Positions 20,101 through 29,485 of a DNA stretch of 64,000 nt are shown one piece after another. Source of the DNA: Verrucomicrobiales bacterium (GTDB taxonomy: Bacteria; Verrucomicrobiota; Verrucomicrobiia; Verrucomicrobiales; DEV007). Under the pieces are notes generated by a model, which did no database searches, was not told the DNA's origin, and was given only the letters and a program-made list of their open reading frames with translations. Numbering within the stretch: position 1 is the stretch's first letter; each line of letters starts with the position of its first letter. The stretch is from assembly GCA_029213005.1 (NCBI GenBank), contig JARGPI010000030.1:3984-67983 (forward strand), in the 5' to 3' direction. The translations under genes were made by a program, and so were the position numbers.

Positions 20101-21074
20101 AGATTCGCGCCTTTGACTACTGTACTGACTTCCTCCCGGGAGTTTTGCCCGACATCTCCAACCCAGATTTTGCCGGTAGGCCGGTCGATCGTCATTCGGT
20201 GAGGACTCCGCAAACCGATTGCATAGAATTCTTCGAGAGTGCTGCCCCCGCTGTTCAACCAGGGATTATCATTGGGAATGTAATAGCCCTGAGTATACGA
20301 ATCAGGCCATCCCGAGGGAGGAGTGGCGGGATTCAACGGCTGCCGCCGGATGGGATGACTCCGCGACGCATCCTGATCCACATCGATCCGCAAAACCCCG
20401 GCAAGCAGACTCTGATTGATTTCCTGACCGGAATTGTATTGATCGTTCGAGCCTCCTTCATCACCGATCGAGACGTAGAGAAATCCGTCATTTCCGAAGA
20501 AGATCCCGCCACCGTTGTGCCAGTTATGCCGGTCGTATTGGTTGATCAGGACCAACTCACTGGAGGTCGCGATCGCATCGGTCCCGGGATCCCAGGTGAA
20601 GCGGGACAACCGGCAGTATGCCTTGTTCCGCTCAGACGGGTTCGGGGTATACCGGTAGTAGATGTAAAGGTAATGGCGGTTCGGTGAATTGGGATTCCCG
20701 AATTCCGGATGAAAAGCGAGCCCCACCATCCCACTGTCGTGGGAGGACTCCACCTGGCCCCGGATATCGAAAAGGACCGTTTTTTCATCGGCCTCTTCAT
20801 TGTTCTCAAACACGGAAAGCCGCCCCACTTTCTCCAGAACCACCAGTCGATTGGAATAGGGCACCGGCTGCATTTCCACCGGATCGATGAAAGTGAGATC
20901 GGGAAAAGCATTCACCAATTGATAACTGCCCGTCGCCGGTCGCGGTTCCTGTGGCGGCAACGCACCATTCAAAAACCTCCCGATCGGAGCGGCTTCATCC
21001 AGCCCGCCCTGCCCGAAAAGTGGACTGAAACCTGAAACAATTGCCAGAACACCTGAAAAAACTGCGAATTTCAT
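17121..21074 (-). CDS. Exported PQQ-dependent sugar dehydrogenase (GSDH-type) + diheme cytochrome c region + Ig-like domain + three carbohydrate-binding-like repeats
   Basis: HNGGGIFFGNDGFLY.SIGDEG, GLRSPHR, GDVGQ, NLQWP (GSDH); CASCH and CSQCH heme motifs; three repeats NL(L/F)xNGxFE ... G(L/F)xFWDANGxW. Confidence 0.85.
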   Translation of the reverse strand: MKFAVFSGVLAIVSGFSPLFGQGGLDEAAPIGRFLNGALPPQEPRPATGSYQLVNAFPDLTFIDPVEMQPVPYSNRLVVLEKVGRLSVFENNEEADEKTVLFDIRGQVESSHDSGMVGLAFHPEFGNPNSPNRHYLYIYYRYTPNPSERNKAYCRLSRFTWDPGTDAIATSSELVLINQYDRHNWHNGGGIFFGNDGFLYVSIGDEGGSNDQYNSGQEINQSLLAGVLRIDVDQDASRSHPIRRQPLNPATPPSGWPDSYTQGYYIPNDNPWLNSGGSTLEEFYAIGLRSPHRMTIDRPTGKIWVGDVGQNSREEVSTVVKGANLQWPYKEGAINGPKSKPTSLIGTDQPPAYSYGRSIGTCVIGGFVYRGSLHPELQGQYLFGDHGSSRIWSLDDSQGGAVVNQLLTLSRHGPGPKNGLGAFGYDASGEIYILSLAGTDLDGGRIYRLDKSTVGIPEPPQLLSQTTAFSDVENLIPAAGVIPYDVIQPLWSDGADKQRWISIPNDGTPNTSDEQIGWSEEGHWSFPIGTVLIKHFEFPGQRLETRFFVRGENSAWYGFSYKWNEQGTDAVLLPGEPVHETITADGETFTWHYPGRNECASCHTQAAGTVLGVKSRHLNSSINYSETGRLANQIVTLNQLGFFSPAVDESILGDMLTAKSIADNSATLERRARSYIDINCSQCHQPAAPTQANFDARMEVPLWYQNLVNVVPNNNFGNSNARIITPADLSLSLLHHRVGSLQEAVAMPPIAKNRLDNSALSLLADWINSLDPDSSPQGPVFGPAPRDHIAPEISLSFASGSSVVSGSFDVSLTASEPIEGLSFSDVSVENGTIASISGIGENWVLEVVPSQNGSGSVSFASDKVTDLNGNANPALPVPLTFDYQFNGNSDNLLTNGSFEGGLSDWDAQGDISLSSNAYTGSNAVRIGANSFVVQSFAITAQGNYIYSGRFTSAGSGLPVEAGLTFWDANGVWISDRIVTITPGQSYDLFSMEITVPLGAASVSLWVFTSDGPIIVDDLELIAGGNGDGGDGGGGDEPNLLTNGDFEAGLSGWDAVNQTVLTSASSSGTQAAEVKGQSFAVQDLLVTEGETLRLTGDYFSTGAVTDIEAGFSFWDANGDWITDRYLQFDAATDYTDFTVETVIPDGAVRVSVWIWNGGESGSLIADNLQVIQVGDPGINLFSNGDFETGDLQGWDNGGSNAVYSTDARSGSGAALVNAESFLVQSFGGSEGELVEFSGYYKADNPEPGNQPELGFSFWDANGAWLGDEAIVLSNASDYTYFNVVGEVPAGAASYSAWVYCPPGCAVTVDDLSHEKITE

Positions 21075-21277
21075 CGAGAGCCATCCTAGAAAATATTATC
21101 CATTTTAAAAGTCATTTTTGAGATTTTTTACACCTTCCATAAAATCCATCTAGTTCAATTTGCTTAGTTTTATCAGTTTTAAGAAAAACCGGATTCAGGA
21201 GGTCGCCGTCGGTGAGGATTTTTTCACTGGCGCGAACCTCACTTGACCGGAAGGAAGTCCGCCGCTTAATTGCCGCA

Positions 21278-21850
21278 ATGATTCTGGCAAGCGCTTTGGA
21301 TGAACAGTTACTACGAAACCTTGCATGGGCTTTTACAGTCCTCTCGGCTGTCGTCAGTATCGGACTGAGTATTCACCGCTTCGGCCTGTCCCCTGCAAAA
21401 CGGATTATGGCGATTGTCGGCGTCCTCCTTCTCGGCGTCGCCGCAGCCGTTTTGTTCATCTCGGATTTATCACCTTTCAACAGCTTCGATTTCATTACCA
21501 AAGACCAGGAGGAGCAGCTTAAGACCGCTCACGGCAAAGACGGCAATCGAAGCACCGGTTACGAGATTACCAAGGACGGCGTTACCGAAAAATCAGCGAG
21601 TGATGAGGTTAACCGGGTCTCGGAATACATTTACGCCGTGATCCATCCTAACGGAAATATCACCGCAGTGTATAACGGCGGATTTTTCGAAGCGGAAGTG
21701 AAGGGTCGGAAAATCACCTGCGAATTGATCGATGTCGGTGACGGCCGGGTTCTTGTCATCAGCGGCGATAATCTGGAAACTGTCAAATTGGGTTCTGATC
21801 AGGCGGAAAACACGTTTAAAATTCAGAAAGTGCCGGTCCAGAACCCGTGA
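21278..21850 (+). CDS. Hypothetical membrane protein (two N-terminal TM helices, beta-rich C-terminal domain)
   Basis: Long ORF with two hydrophobic segments; track start is GTG 21212, ATG 21278 preferred. Confidence 0.55.
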   Translation: MILASALDEQLLRNLAWAFTVLSAVVSIGLSIHRFGLSPAKRIMAIVGVLLLGVAAAVLFISDLSPFNSFDFITKDQEEQLKTAHGKDGNRSTGYEITKDGVTEKSASDEVNRVSEYIYAVIHPNGNITAVYNGGFFEAEVKGRKITCELIDVGDGRVLVISGDNLETVKLGSDQAENTFKIQKVPVQNP

Positions 21851-21948
21851 GTCGTTCTTTCTGAATTACAAAGCCGGGCCCCGCACAACCGGAGCCGATA
21901 TAACCGGGTATTTGCTATGACTTACCCGGGCAAAGGAGTTTAAGAGGA

Positions 21949-22629
21949 ATGAAATCACTGTTTCTATACGAGGAGATTATGCTCCTGGCCCTCCGGGATG
22001 AGGAAGGGACTTTCTCCGGTGGATTTGTCGAGCTGGCCGTGGCCGGAGCGGTTATGGCTGAATTACTGCTCGAAAACCACGTCTACGTCGCTGAACCGCG
22101 CCGGAAACTGATCGACCACAACGACCCTCCCCCTACCGGCGATCCCATTATCGACGAATGTCTGGAGAAGATCACTTCGGCGAAGCGCCGGGCGGCGCTC
22201 TCCAACTGGGTGCCTCGCCTCTCCCGCATTCCGAAGCTACGGAAAAAGGTCGCCCAGCGTCTCTGCGAACGCGGCATCGTGAAATCGGACGAAGACAAGG
22301 TGTTGTTTGTGTTTCCCCGAACCATTTATCCCGAGATCGACCCCGAGCCTGAGGAGGAGATCATGTCGCGTATCAAAAGTGCCATTTTCGGTAATGACAC
22401 CGATCTCGATCCACGAACCGTGATCCTGATTTCTCTCGCGCACCGGACCGACCTGTTGAGGCACAATCTCGACGACAAAGAGCTGCGCAAACACAAAAAA
22501 CGGATCGAACAGATCATCGAAGGTGAAGCGATGGGGAAGGCCGCTCGCGACATCATCGATGCCTTCGACTCCGCGGCCACCGTAACCGCCTTAATTCCCG
22601 CTCTGATCGCCACGACCGCAGGCTCCTGA
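21949..22629 (+). CDS. GOLPH3/Vps74 (GPP34) family protein
   Basis: LYEEIMLLALRDEEG ... AGAVMAELLL ... PTGDPIIDE ... LCERGIV ... VLFVFP...YP; RBS GGAG/GAGG upstream. Confidence 0.8.
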   Translation: MKSLFLYEEIMLLALRDEEGTFSGGFVELAVAGAVMAELLLENHVYVAEPRRKLIDHNDPPPTGDPIIDECLEKITSAKRRAALSNWVPRLSRIPKLRKKVAQRLCERGIVKSDEDKVLFVFPRTIYPEIDPEPEEEIMSRIKSAIFGNDTDLDPRTVILISLAHRTDLLRHNLDDKELRKHKKRIEQIIEGEAMGKAARDIIDAFDSAATVTALIPALIATTAGS

Positions 22630-22637
22630 TTTCAGAT

Positions 22638-22672
22638 TGTACAGGGTACAATCCGGGACTGTACCCTGTACA
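22638..22672. repeat. TGTAC-N3-GTACA doublet repeat, locus 2
   Basis: TGTACAGGGTACA-atccgggac-TGTACCCTGTACA between two convergent genes. Confidence 0.92.
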
Positions 22673-22753
22673 GAAAAGCGGGAGAAATGATAACCATTCC
22701 TCCCGCTGATGTTGCTGGACTTTAAATTAACCAGCTAGCTCTGCCAATATCAC

Positions 22754-23566
22754 TTACTGGGTAGATGCGGTTTTCGTTGCATTGTTAAGTTCAGCTTCGG
22801 TTTTACTGAGTTCACCAGTCCAGAAAGAATTGGTCTCATTCAGTGAAGCGTCATTGTTCCGGAGGAAAGTGGTTCCCGAATCAAAAGCGGGAGCTTTCTC
22901 CAAACGTTCCTTGTTAACGTCGAGGTAGATTCTCAGGGCAAACTGATCATCGGCATCAACTTCGTTTCTGGCATAAGCATCGGTCTTGTCAGCCTCTTCA
23001 GCATCGATGTCAGATTCCTTCGGCTCAGTTACCTGATTTTTCGTAGCAGCCTCTGCTTCAGCACCAGCTTCGGCGAGTTCTGCATCCGTGTCGTCAACGA
23101 TTGCTTTGGCTTCAGATTCCTCTGCTACCAAGTCAGCATCCTCGTTTTCGGCATCGGTAACTTCATTCTCGATGTCGGTTTCAGTCCGGGTTTCCATAAC
23201 AGGATCAGGCTGATTGTTTTCCTTAACCTTTTTCACTTCGAACTGCTCCCATGGCACTGCCACGTGGCGATCTCCGATTCCAAGGAATCCTCCAACACTT
23301 ACGATGGTGTATTTCACCTGGCCGGTTGCCGGATCAAGCAGTAAGCGATCGACATTCCCGACCTTTTCTTCCGCTTTGTTGTAAACATCGGCCGAGAGCA
23401 GTTTGTTCGAATTGATCATTCCATCAACTGGAGCTCTCACCATTTCGGCGACTGCTTTTTTGTCGGCTTCATACTGTTCAGCATTCTCAGCGGCATCTTG
23501 TCCCTGGACGCTCAATGCGAGTCCGCCCAGTGCTATCATTGTTGTAATGTACTTGTTCATTTTCAT
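22754..23566 (-). CDS. Exported PRC-barrel domain protein with a long acidic insertion
   Basis: Signal peptide; LLSADVYNKAEEKVGNVDRLLLD ... VSVGGFLGIGDRHVAVPW ... LDVNKERLEKAPAF. Confidence 0.85.
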   Translation of the reverse strand: MKMNKYITTMIALGGLALSVQGQDAAENAEQYEADKKAVAEMVRAPVDGMINSNKLLSADVYNKAEEKVGNVDRLLLDPATGQVKYTIVSVGGFLGIGDRHVAVPWEQFEVKKVKENNQPDPVMETRTETDIENEVTDAENEDADLVAEESEAKAIVDDTDAELAEAGAEAEAATKNQVTEPKESDIDAEEADKTDAYARNEVDADDQFALRIYLDVNKERLEKAPAFDSGTTFLRNNDASLNETNSFWTGELSKTEAELNNATKTASTQ

Positions 23567-24025
23567 AATTTAATTGGGTTTTTGTTTCCTCTTTATAATG
23601 GAGCAGCCCTGATACCAAGGGGTATAAAAGCACGTAACCATCTCATTATGAACCAACTAACATTTTCACCCCATTTAAATTAGGCGATGTAGTGTTGCAG
23701 AATGGAGAACTGAACTTGCAGGACGCAAAGCCAATGAAAAGTATGGCATCGGCGATATCGATAAAGTGTCCCGAAAAGGCCCAGAGGATCGACACTCAGA
23801 TCATCGTCCCGAAAAAGAATGACGTTTTCTGGATCGGGACCTGATCCGGACGAGGCTCGTTCTTCTCTTCAAATCATGCCCCAAGTTCCAACGTTGGACA
23901 CCGTAATTGCGCGCCGTGAACAGCCTCGAAGCCGGAACGCGTAAACCTCCCGAAACGCGACATTTTACGGACTTTCGTGCTGTCCCATTTGGAAGATTTG
24001 TGGAATTGTCAGAGTCTCCTTCTCT

Positions 24026-25597
24026 ATGAATCACGCCGAAACGTCAGCCCATTCAGACTCGACCTTATGGATACCCACCTCTAACTGGTGTGGACGGCTT
24101 ATACTTCCGGAAGAATCGGACCGGAAAGACGATGGGAGTATCTTTGTTGAGTTACTTCAAGTTCCCGGGACTCACCATTCACTCAAGGGTGAGACTTTTC
24201 GGCTCAGGCTTGACGCCGAGTGGACGGATCGGGTTTCGGTTTCGATAAAATTTGGCCCAATCACAAGGAGCAGCATGAAAACGGGAACCGTTCACCCTGA
24301 GCGGCTGGATGGTTGGGATCGAGTTTCCCCTCTCGAATCACTTATCGGGGCGCATCCGGAGAATGACGTCCTCGTTGAGTTGGTCGATCCTGTCGAAGAA
24401 GGCGATTACCTGGTGATTCAGAAAGAGCCGGTCCAAATATCCGGGAGCCAGAGAACTCTCGCCCGGTTTGTGAATCAAAATCCGGATGGAAAATGGACGA
24501 TCCAACACTGGAACCGGAACGAAAATGAGTTCACAGGCCCTACGGAAATTGTTGCCGTCACAGGTCGGGAAACCCTCGATCCGACCGGAGGAGAAAAATT
24601 AAACGCTGAGGGTTGGTATCTCTATTCCGACACCGATGAATCCGGCACCCGGGTGGTTCGCGGAATCGAACCCCGGAGCCTCTTTCGGATCAAACCGGAT
24701 CTCCTCTTTGTTGACGAAGACACCTCCCTGGGATTTCTCAAGTATCGCAACTGGAGAAAAGACAAATCGATCAAAGGGGAAACCAGTCAAATTCATCTTT
24801 ACCCATCTGAGAGGGCCAACAACTTTCAACCTAAACCGGGAGACAAAGCGCTGCTACTTCATCTGTTTGGCGGAGTTGCCGGCAAGATAGGGCGAAAGGG
24901 TGGTCACTTCTCTTTCGGAATGGCAGAAGTCGTTACCGATCCATTCACCGGCGAACTACGACTACAGATTGAATACAAACAAATCTACGTTAACAACGTG
25001 GACGGACTCATCCCCGGGAGTTCACAATGGCATTGTTATATGGGCGATACCACAATCGGTAAATTGGAGATTCGTCCCGTTTGTGACTATCTCATATTTA
25101 TTCCCGAATTATTCGATGAAACACTCGGCGAATCCGCCTACACCATATTGGAGAGGAAACTCGCCGAAATGACAGCACGCTACCGAACCGGAGAAGGTGA
25201 CGGTCTCTCCCTGGTAAGCTCCGCCCAGAACTGTAGTCAGGATTCCAGCCAGGCATTGTATGCAGCGATTCGTGATTGGGAAGTTGCCTTAAAAGCCGGC
25301 GAACTTCCATCAGAGATCAAACCACTCTGTGTCAGATTGAGAGAGCACATCACCCCACTTTTCGGGTTGGTCCCCTGGGCGTGGAAACGAACCGCCAAAC
25401 GTCAACCGGCGCGCCCCCCGTTTTTCCGAATTCTTCCAGCTATCAAATCCTGGAAGACGATTGTTCCCAGATCCAATTCCGACGGACTGGCTGAAACCTT
25501 TGTCAGGTCCGGCCGACCCATGATTCTCCTGAGAAGCGAAATGGTCGGCTCCACCGACAAAGACCTCAATCCCGCGCCACCGATGCGCCCCTGGTAG
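24026..25597 (+). CDS. Hypothetical protein resembling, from memory, the soluble domain of cyanobacterial CAAX/'Abi' proteins
   Basis: WCGRLILP, HPERLDGWDRVSPLESLIG, LLHLFGGVAG, GHFSFGMAEVVTDPFTGEL, YRTGEGDG, NCSQDSSQALY; no CAAX membrane domain present. Confidence 0.55.
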   Translation: MNHAETSAHSDSTLWIPTSNWCGRLILPEESDRKDDGSIFVELLQVPGTHHSLKGETFRLRLDAEWTDRVSVSIKFGPITRSSMKTGTVHPERLDGWDRVSPLESLIGAHPENDVLVELVDPVEEGDYLVIQKEPVQISGSQRTLARFVNQNPDGKWTIQHWNRNENEFTGPTEIVAVTGRETLDPTGGEKLNAEGWYLYSDTDESGTRVVRGIEPRSLFRIKPDLLFVDEDTSLGFLKYRNWRKDKSIKGETSQIHLYPSERANNFQPKPGDKALLLHLFGGVAGKIGRKGGHFSFGMAEVVTDPFTGELRLQIEYKQIYVNNVDGLIPGSSQWHCYMGDTTIGKLEIRPVCDYLIFIPELFDETLGESAYTILERKLAEMTARYRTGEGDGLSLVSSAQNCSQDSSQALYAAIRDWEVALKAGELPSEIKPLCVRLREHITPLFGLVPWAWKRTAKRQPARPPFFRILPAIKSWKTIVPRSNSDGLAETFVRSGRPMILLRSEMVGSTDKDLNPAPPMRPW

Positions 25598-25652
25598 AAG
25601 GAATCTAAGTTGCCATTTTTCGAAGTTCTAATTTTTCTGACAACACTAATAC

Positions 25653-27494
25653 TTATCTCAAACCGTCTCCTAGAGTTTTTATCATTCGGCCAAGAATAAT
25701 TTCAGTCTCTTCATGAGACACCAATACATTTGATTCAGATAGAAGGTTCCGATGGTAGAATGACCAATTACTAAATTCTTGAGCAGCCCTAAGATCCGAC
25801 ATTTGTTGCCGGGTCGACACCAAAAACCGTCCATAAGTCCGCATTGCTTCTCTACCGCCGTTAGCAGAACCTGAATCCTTCAGCATTTTATTCAGTTTGA
25901 AAATATTTTTGACAATTATGTGCTCTTTGTATTCATCCAAAATATCCCCTACTACGTATTCTCCCTTAACCGAAAGGTCTCTATCAAAGTAAACCCCATC
26001 TATTTTTACTTCCAAAAACTTCATGAGGTGAATTAACCTAACGTTTGCCTTCATATCTCTGAAAACCTCTGCTTCTGCCATAAAGTTGCGAACATCGATT
26101 CGATCCCAATTCCGAATTGCTCTGGGCCGCAAACCAAACCGTCTCACTTTGTCAAAGCCAGTTCCTTTCGACCAGATATCATCCCTGCCTCGCTTCGCAA
26201 ACGTTGACACGCCAACGACCGTAAAAGTTTCGGCATGGACTATAGGCCCTCCACTGTTGCCTTGAACAATTCCCGACGAAATCTCTAACCGATCTGGACC
26301 CAAACCCGTTACCTCCCCATCGAGGATCTTAATTACCCCTGCTCCATGACTGTTTCCGATGGCTGAAATTTTTTCGCCGTCTGCTATATTAATCGTTCCT
26401 TCGTCCAAGATGAGTCCTTTTTTACGCCTATGCTTGAGCTTAAATCTAAGGATGTCACCATCAGCAAATCCTTCACCAGCTAATTCGGTGGTTTCGACGT
26501 CAAAAAATTCGTCGCCATGCCGGTTTACCATCTTCAATTGTTTGTTTCCCGCCACCACATGCGCATTTGTATAAATATACGATTTATCTGAACTTGAAAC
26601 GAGAAATCCCGTCCCACTCCCAGCGTCGCCTTCTATTAAAACTACACAATCAGCGGCGTCATCCATAGAAGAAGGCTTCCACACCGTATCTCCCTCAACA
26701 AATTTCGATGAAATCACGTTTTTATCATGAGCAAGAAAAACGCCGTCCTGATTGACCGAAATCACAGCATTGCTCTGACTGAGAATTGGAGCAGTGCTAC
26801 CACGCGCGGGTGAACTCGGAGCCATTATCTGATATTTGGTTCTCAAGTTTTGATCCAACTCGGTGAATGGTATCGTCCTTACACCAGAAGAATATCGAAT
26901 GACAATTCCGTTGTGAACAACATTAACAACCTTAGCTTTCGGATACAAGTTGCCTTTCAAATCAACAATATCAGTCCCCTCTACACCAGTAGATTCAGTC
27001 TTCGAAAGCAGATCAAAATCGGTTTTAGGAATCCACTGAGAGTTATAACGAACATATCCGTTAGCCAACATCTGGCTTGCTGATAAATATTTTCCCTTGA
27101 TTGATTCCAGATTAGTTTTTGCTCCGGGATATTTGTCTATCAAGCTCTGAAGATTCCTCAGTTCCGTTTTGAGAACCTCGTGATCTCTCTGGCTTGCCAG
27201 ATCTCCATGAGGAGCGGCAAAATATTGCACAGCCTTCACAAGATTAGATTTTATGACTCGGCTGCCACCTGTATTGGGGAAAACAGTGACCGTAACACTG
27301 AACTTCTGAAGATTTCGAAACGGAATAGCTTCGGCGAATTGGTCACTTAGGTTACCTGGAACAAAGATCAACACCCCCTTAGGGAATTCTTCTGCTCTCC
27401 CTAATTCCAACAGGAAAAAGAGCCACACAAAAACTAACCATTTATTTCTAAGGACGAAACACTCATAACGATCCAACAACCGTAACACTCTCAT
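25653..27494 (-). CDS. Exported trypsin-like (S1) serine protease
   Basis: GSGTGFL, YTNAHVV (His), GDIL (Asp), GNSGGP (Ser); N-terminal hydrophobic segment; visibly AT-richer than neighbours. Confidence 0.85.
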   Translation of the reverse strand: MRVLRLLDRYECFVLRNKWLVFVWLFFLLELGRAEEFPKGVLIFVPGNLSDQFAEAIPFRNLQKFSVTVTVFPNTGGSRVIKSNLVKAVQYFAAPHGDLASQRDHEVLKTELRNLQSLIDKYPGAKTNLESIKGKYLSASQMLANGYVRYNSQWIPKTDFDLLSKTESTGVEGTDIVDLKGNLYPKAKVVNVVHNGIVIRYSSGVRTIPFTELDQNLRTKYQIMAPSSPARGSTAPILSQSNAVISVNQDGVFLAHDKNVISSKFVEGDTVWKPSSMDDAADCVVLIEGDAGSGTGFLVSSSDKSYIYTNAHVVAGNKQLKMVNRHGDEFFDVETTELAGEGFADGDILRFKLKHRRKKGLILDEGTINIADGEKISAIGNSHGAGVIKILDGEVTGLGPDRLEISSGIVQGNSGGPIVHAETFTVVGVSTFAKRGRDDIWSKGTGFDKVRRFGLRPRAIRNWDRIDVRNFMAEAEVFRDMKANVRLIHLMKFLEVKIDGVYFDRDLSVKGEYVVGDILDEYKEHIIVKNIFKLNKMLKDSGSANGGREAMRTYGRFLVSTRQQMSDLRAAQEFSNWSFYHRNLLSESNVLVSHEETEIILGRMIKTLGDGLR

Positions 27495-27711
27495 TGTAAG
27501 CTTGTATAATACTGTTCAACAAAATATCAAATTAATTTGACCACCTGTTGACTAAATTCCTCCTCCCCCGGAATTGACCAAGTGACAATTCCTCAAACAG
27601 ATCATCCGTGTCAATTCATCGACAAAATACTATCACTGATTTGTAAAAGTTCGGCATGATGCGAACGAAGGAATCCCTTTAAATCATTACCGTTTCATCT
27701 AGCTTCCGGTC

Positions 27712-28383
27712 ATGGATTTATTGGAAGCGATCAAGGGCCGGGCTTCGACTCGGGCTTTCTTAGACAGGCCGGTAGCGAAAGAAACGATTCACGAGGTGTT
27801 AGAGGCGGCCCGGTGGGCCCCTTCAGGAACGAATACTCAGCCCTGGCAGGTTGCTGTTGTTGCCGGGGAAATTAAAGAGCAGATTTCCAACAAGATCGTA
27901 GAAAAGTTTACTGCCGGAGAGGAATCTGCAAAAGACTATCAATACTACCCGGAAACGTTCACCGAGCCCTACCGCTCCCGGCGTGTCGCCTGTGGAAAAG
28001 CGCTCTACGGTGCCCTTGGCATCGAACGAAAAGATCGCGAACGCAGAAAGCAGCAGTGGGTAGCGAATTATCACGGGTTCGGCGCTCCCGTTGAATTGTT
28101 TATCTTTATCGATGGCGGACTCGAAAAGGGATCCTGGGTCGATATGGGTATGTTTATTCAGAACATCATGCTGGCAGCCCGGGCCTTCGATCTCGAAACC
28201 TGCGCTCAGGCGGCGATGGCCGAGTATCCTGACATTGTTCGAAACGCACTGGACATTCCCGATTCCCTGAAACTGATCTGTGGAATCGCGATAGGCTATC
28301 CCGACCGGGACGATCCGGTTAACCAATACCGCACCGAGCGCGAAGAGGTGGATCGCTTCACAAACTGGTACGGATTGGAGTAG
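27712..28383 (+). CDS. Nitroreductase family protein
   Basis: AIKGRASTRAF, ARWAPSGTNTQPW, DMGMFIQNIMLAA, IAIGYPD. Confidence 0.93.
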   Translation: MDLLEAIKGRASTRAFLDRPVAKETIHEVLEAARWAPSGTNTQPWQVAVVAGEIKEQISNKIVEKFTAGEESAKDYQYYPETFTEPYRSRRVACGKALYGALGIERKDRERRKQQWVANYHGFGAPVELFIFIDGGLEKGSWVDMGMFIQNIMLAARAFDLETCAQAAMAEYPDIVRNALDIPDSLKLICGIAIGYPDRDDPVNQYRTEREEVDRFTNWYGLE

Positions 28384-28415
28384 CGCTTTCAGACAAAACA
28401 GAGTATCAGCGTTGA

Positions 28416-29405
28416 ATGAACGACCGCTCGCTAGGCAATTCAGGACTGAACGTAACGCCCATCGGCCTCGGGCTCGCCGCTCTGGGGCGGCCCGGATATA
28501 TCAATCTGGGCCACGGGGATGATTTGGAATCTGACTACCAACTGGATTCCATGGAGGCGAGAGCTCACCGGGTTCTCGATGCGGCATGGGAAACGGGAAT
28601 TCGCTACTTCGACGCAGCCCGGTCCTATGGCCGTGCCGAGGCGTTTCTTTCCAGCTGGTTACAAACCCGCCAACACCCTGACCTCACCATCAGTTCAAAA
28701 TGGGGCTACACCTACACTGCCGACTGGCAAATCGAAGCGGAAGCCCACGAAGTGAAAGAGCATTCGCTGAAAGTTCTCAACGAACAAATCAAACAAAGTA
28801 GGGAACAACTCGGCGAACAGCTCCATCTCTATCAAATTCACTCCGCAACGCTGGAAAGTGGCGTGCTCGATAACCAACCGGTGTTGGAACGGCTTGGCGA
28901 ATTAAAATCGGAAGGCCTCCGGATCGGTTTATCAGTCAGCGGCGCCGGACAATCCGATGTGATTCGAAAAGCTCTCTCCACCCTGATCAACGGAAGCCCT
29001 CTCTTCGACACCTGTCAGGCGACCTGGAATCTCCTCGAAACGTCGGCAACGGCCGCCCTGTCGGAAGCCCGTCAGAGTGGGATGGGAATCATCATCAAAG
29101 AAGGCCTCGCCAACGGGCGCCTCACCTGTAGAAATACCACGGAATCCTTTCGGAGAAAAAGGGAAGTGCTGGAGACATTGGCGAAACGGTGCGACACCAC
29201 GATCGATGCCCTGTGTTTGGCTGCGGTTCTCGCCCAACCCTGGGTCGATACGGTCCTCAGTGGAGCCGCGACCCCGGAGCACCTCCAGTCAAATCAACTC
29301 GCCGTTTCCCTGCAAATCCCCGACGATGTCCTCTCGACACTAAGCTCCTTGACCGAAGCTCCCGAAACTTATTGGAAAACCCGGTCGGCACTGGCCTGGA
29401 ATTAA
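28416..29405 (+). CDS. Aldo/keto reductase
   Basis: IGLGLAALGRP, YFDAARSYG, SSKWGY, LYQIHS, KEGLANG, VLSGAAT..HL. Confidence 0.9.
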   Translation: MNDRSLGNSGLNVTPIGLGLAALGRPGYINLGHGDDLESDYQLDSMEARAHRVLDAAWETGIRYFDAARSYGRAEAFLSSWLQTRQHPDLTISSKWGYTYTADWQIEAEAHEVKEHSLKVLNEQIKQSREQLGEQLHLYQIHSATLESGVLDNQPVLERLGELKSEGLRIGLSVSGAGQSDVIRKALSTLINGSPLFDTCQATWNLLETSATAALSEARQSGMGIIIKEGLANGRLTCRNTTESFRRKREVLETLAKRCDTTIDALCLAAVLAQPWVDTVLSGAATPEHLQSNQLAVSLQIPDDVLSTLSSLTEAPETYWKTRSALAWN

Positions 29406-29485
29406 CCCGCGAAAATGACTAGGAAGCCTGCCGGAACCGTCCATATTATTTAAGGTTTCACCTCATTCTACGACTGAATCCTCCC

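Noticed and set aside
21903-21928. Hairpin with TAGCAAAT in the loop, similar to one near 63760-63782
   Set aside because: Only two loosely similar copies with different stems; cannot be told apart from chance or ordinary terminators
23721-23732. GGACGCAAAGCC resembling the c-di-GMP-I riboswitch core
   Set aside because: The upstream GCAAA/GNRA stem and the closing P1 pairing are not visible
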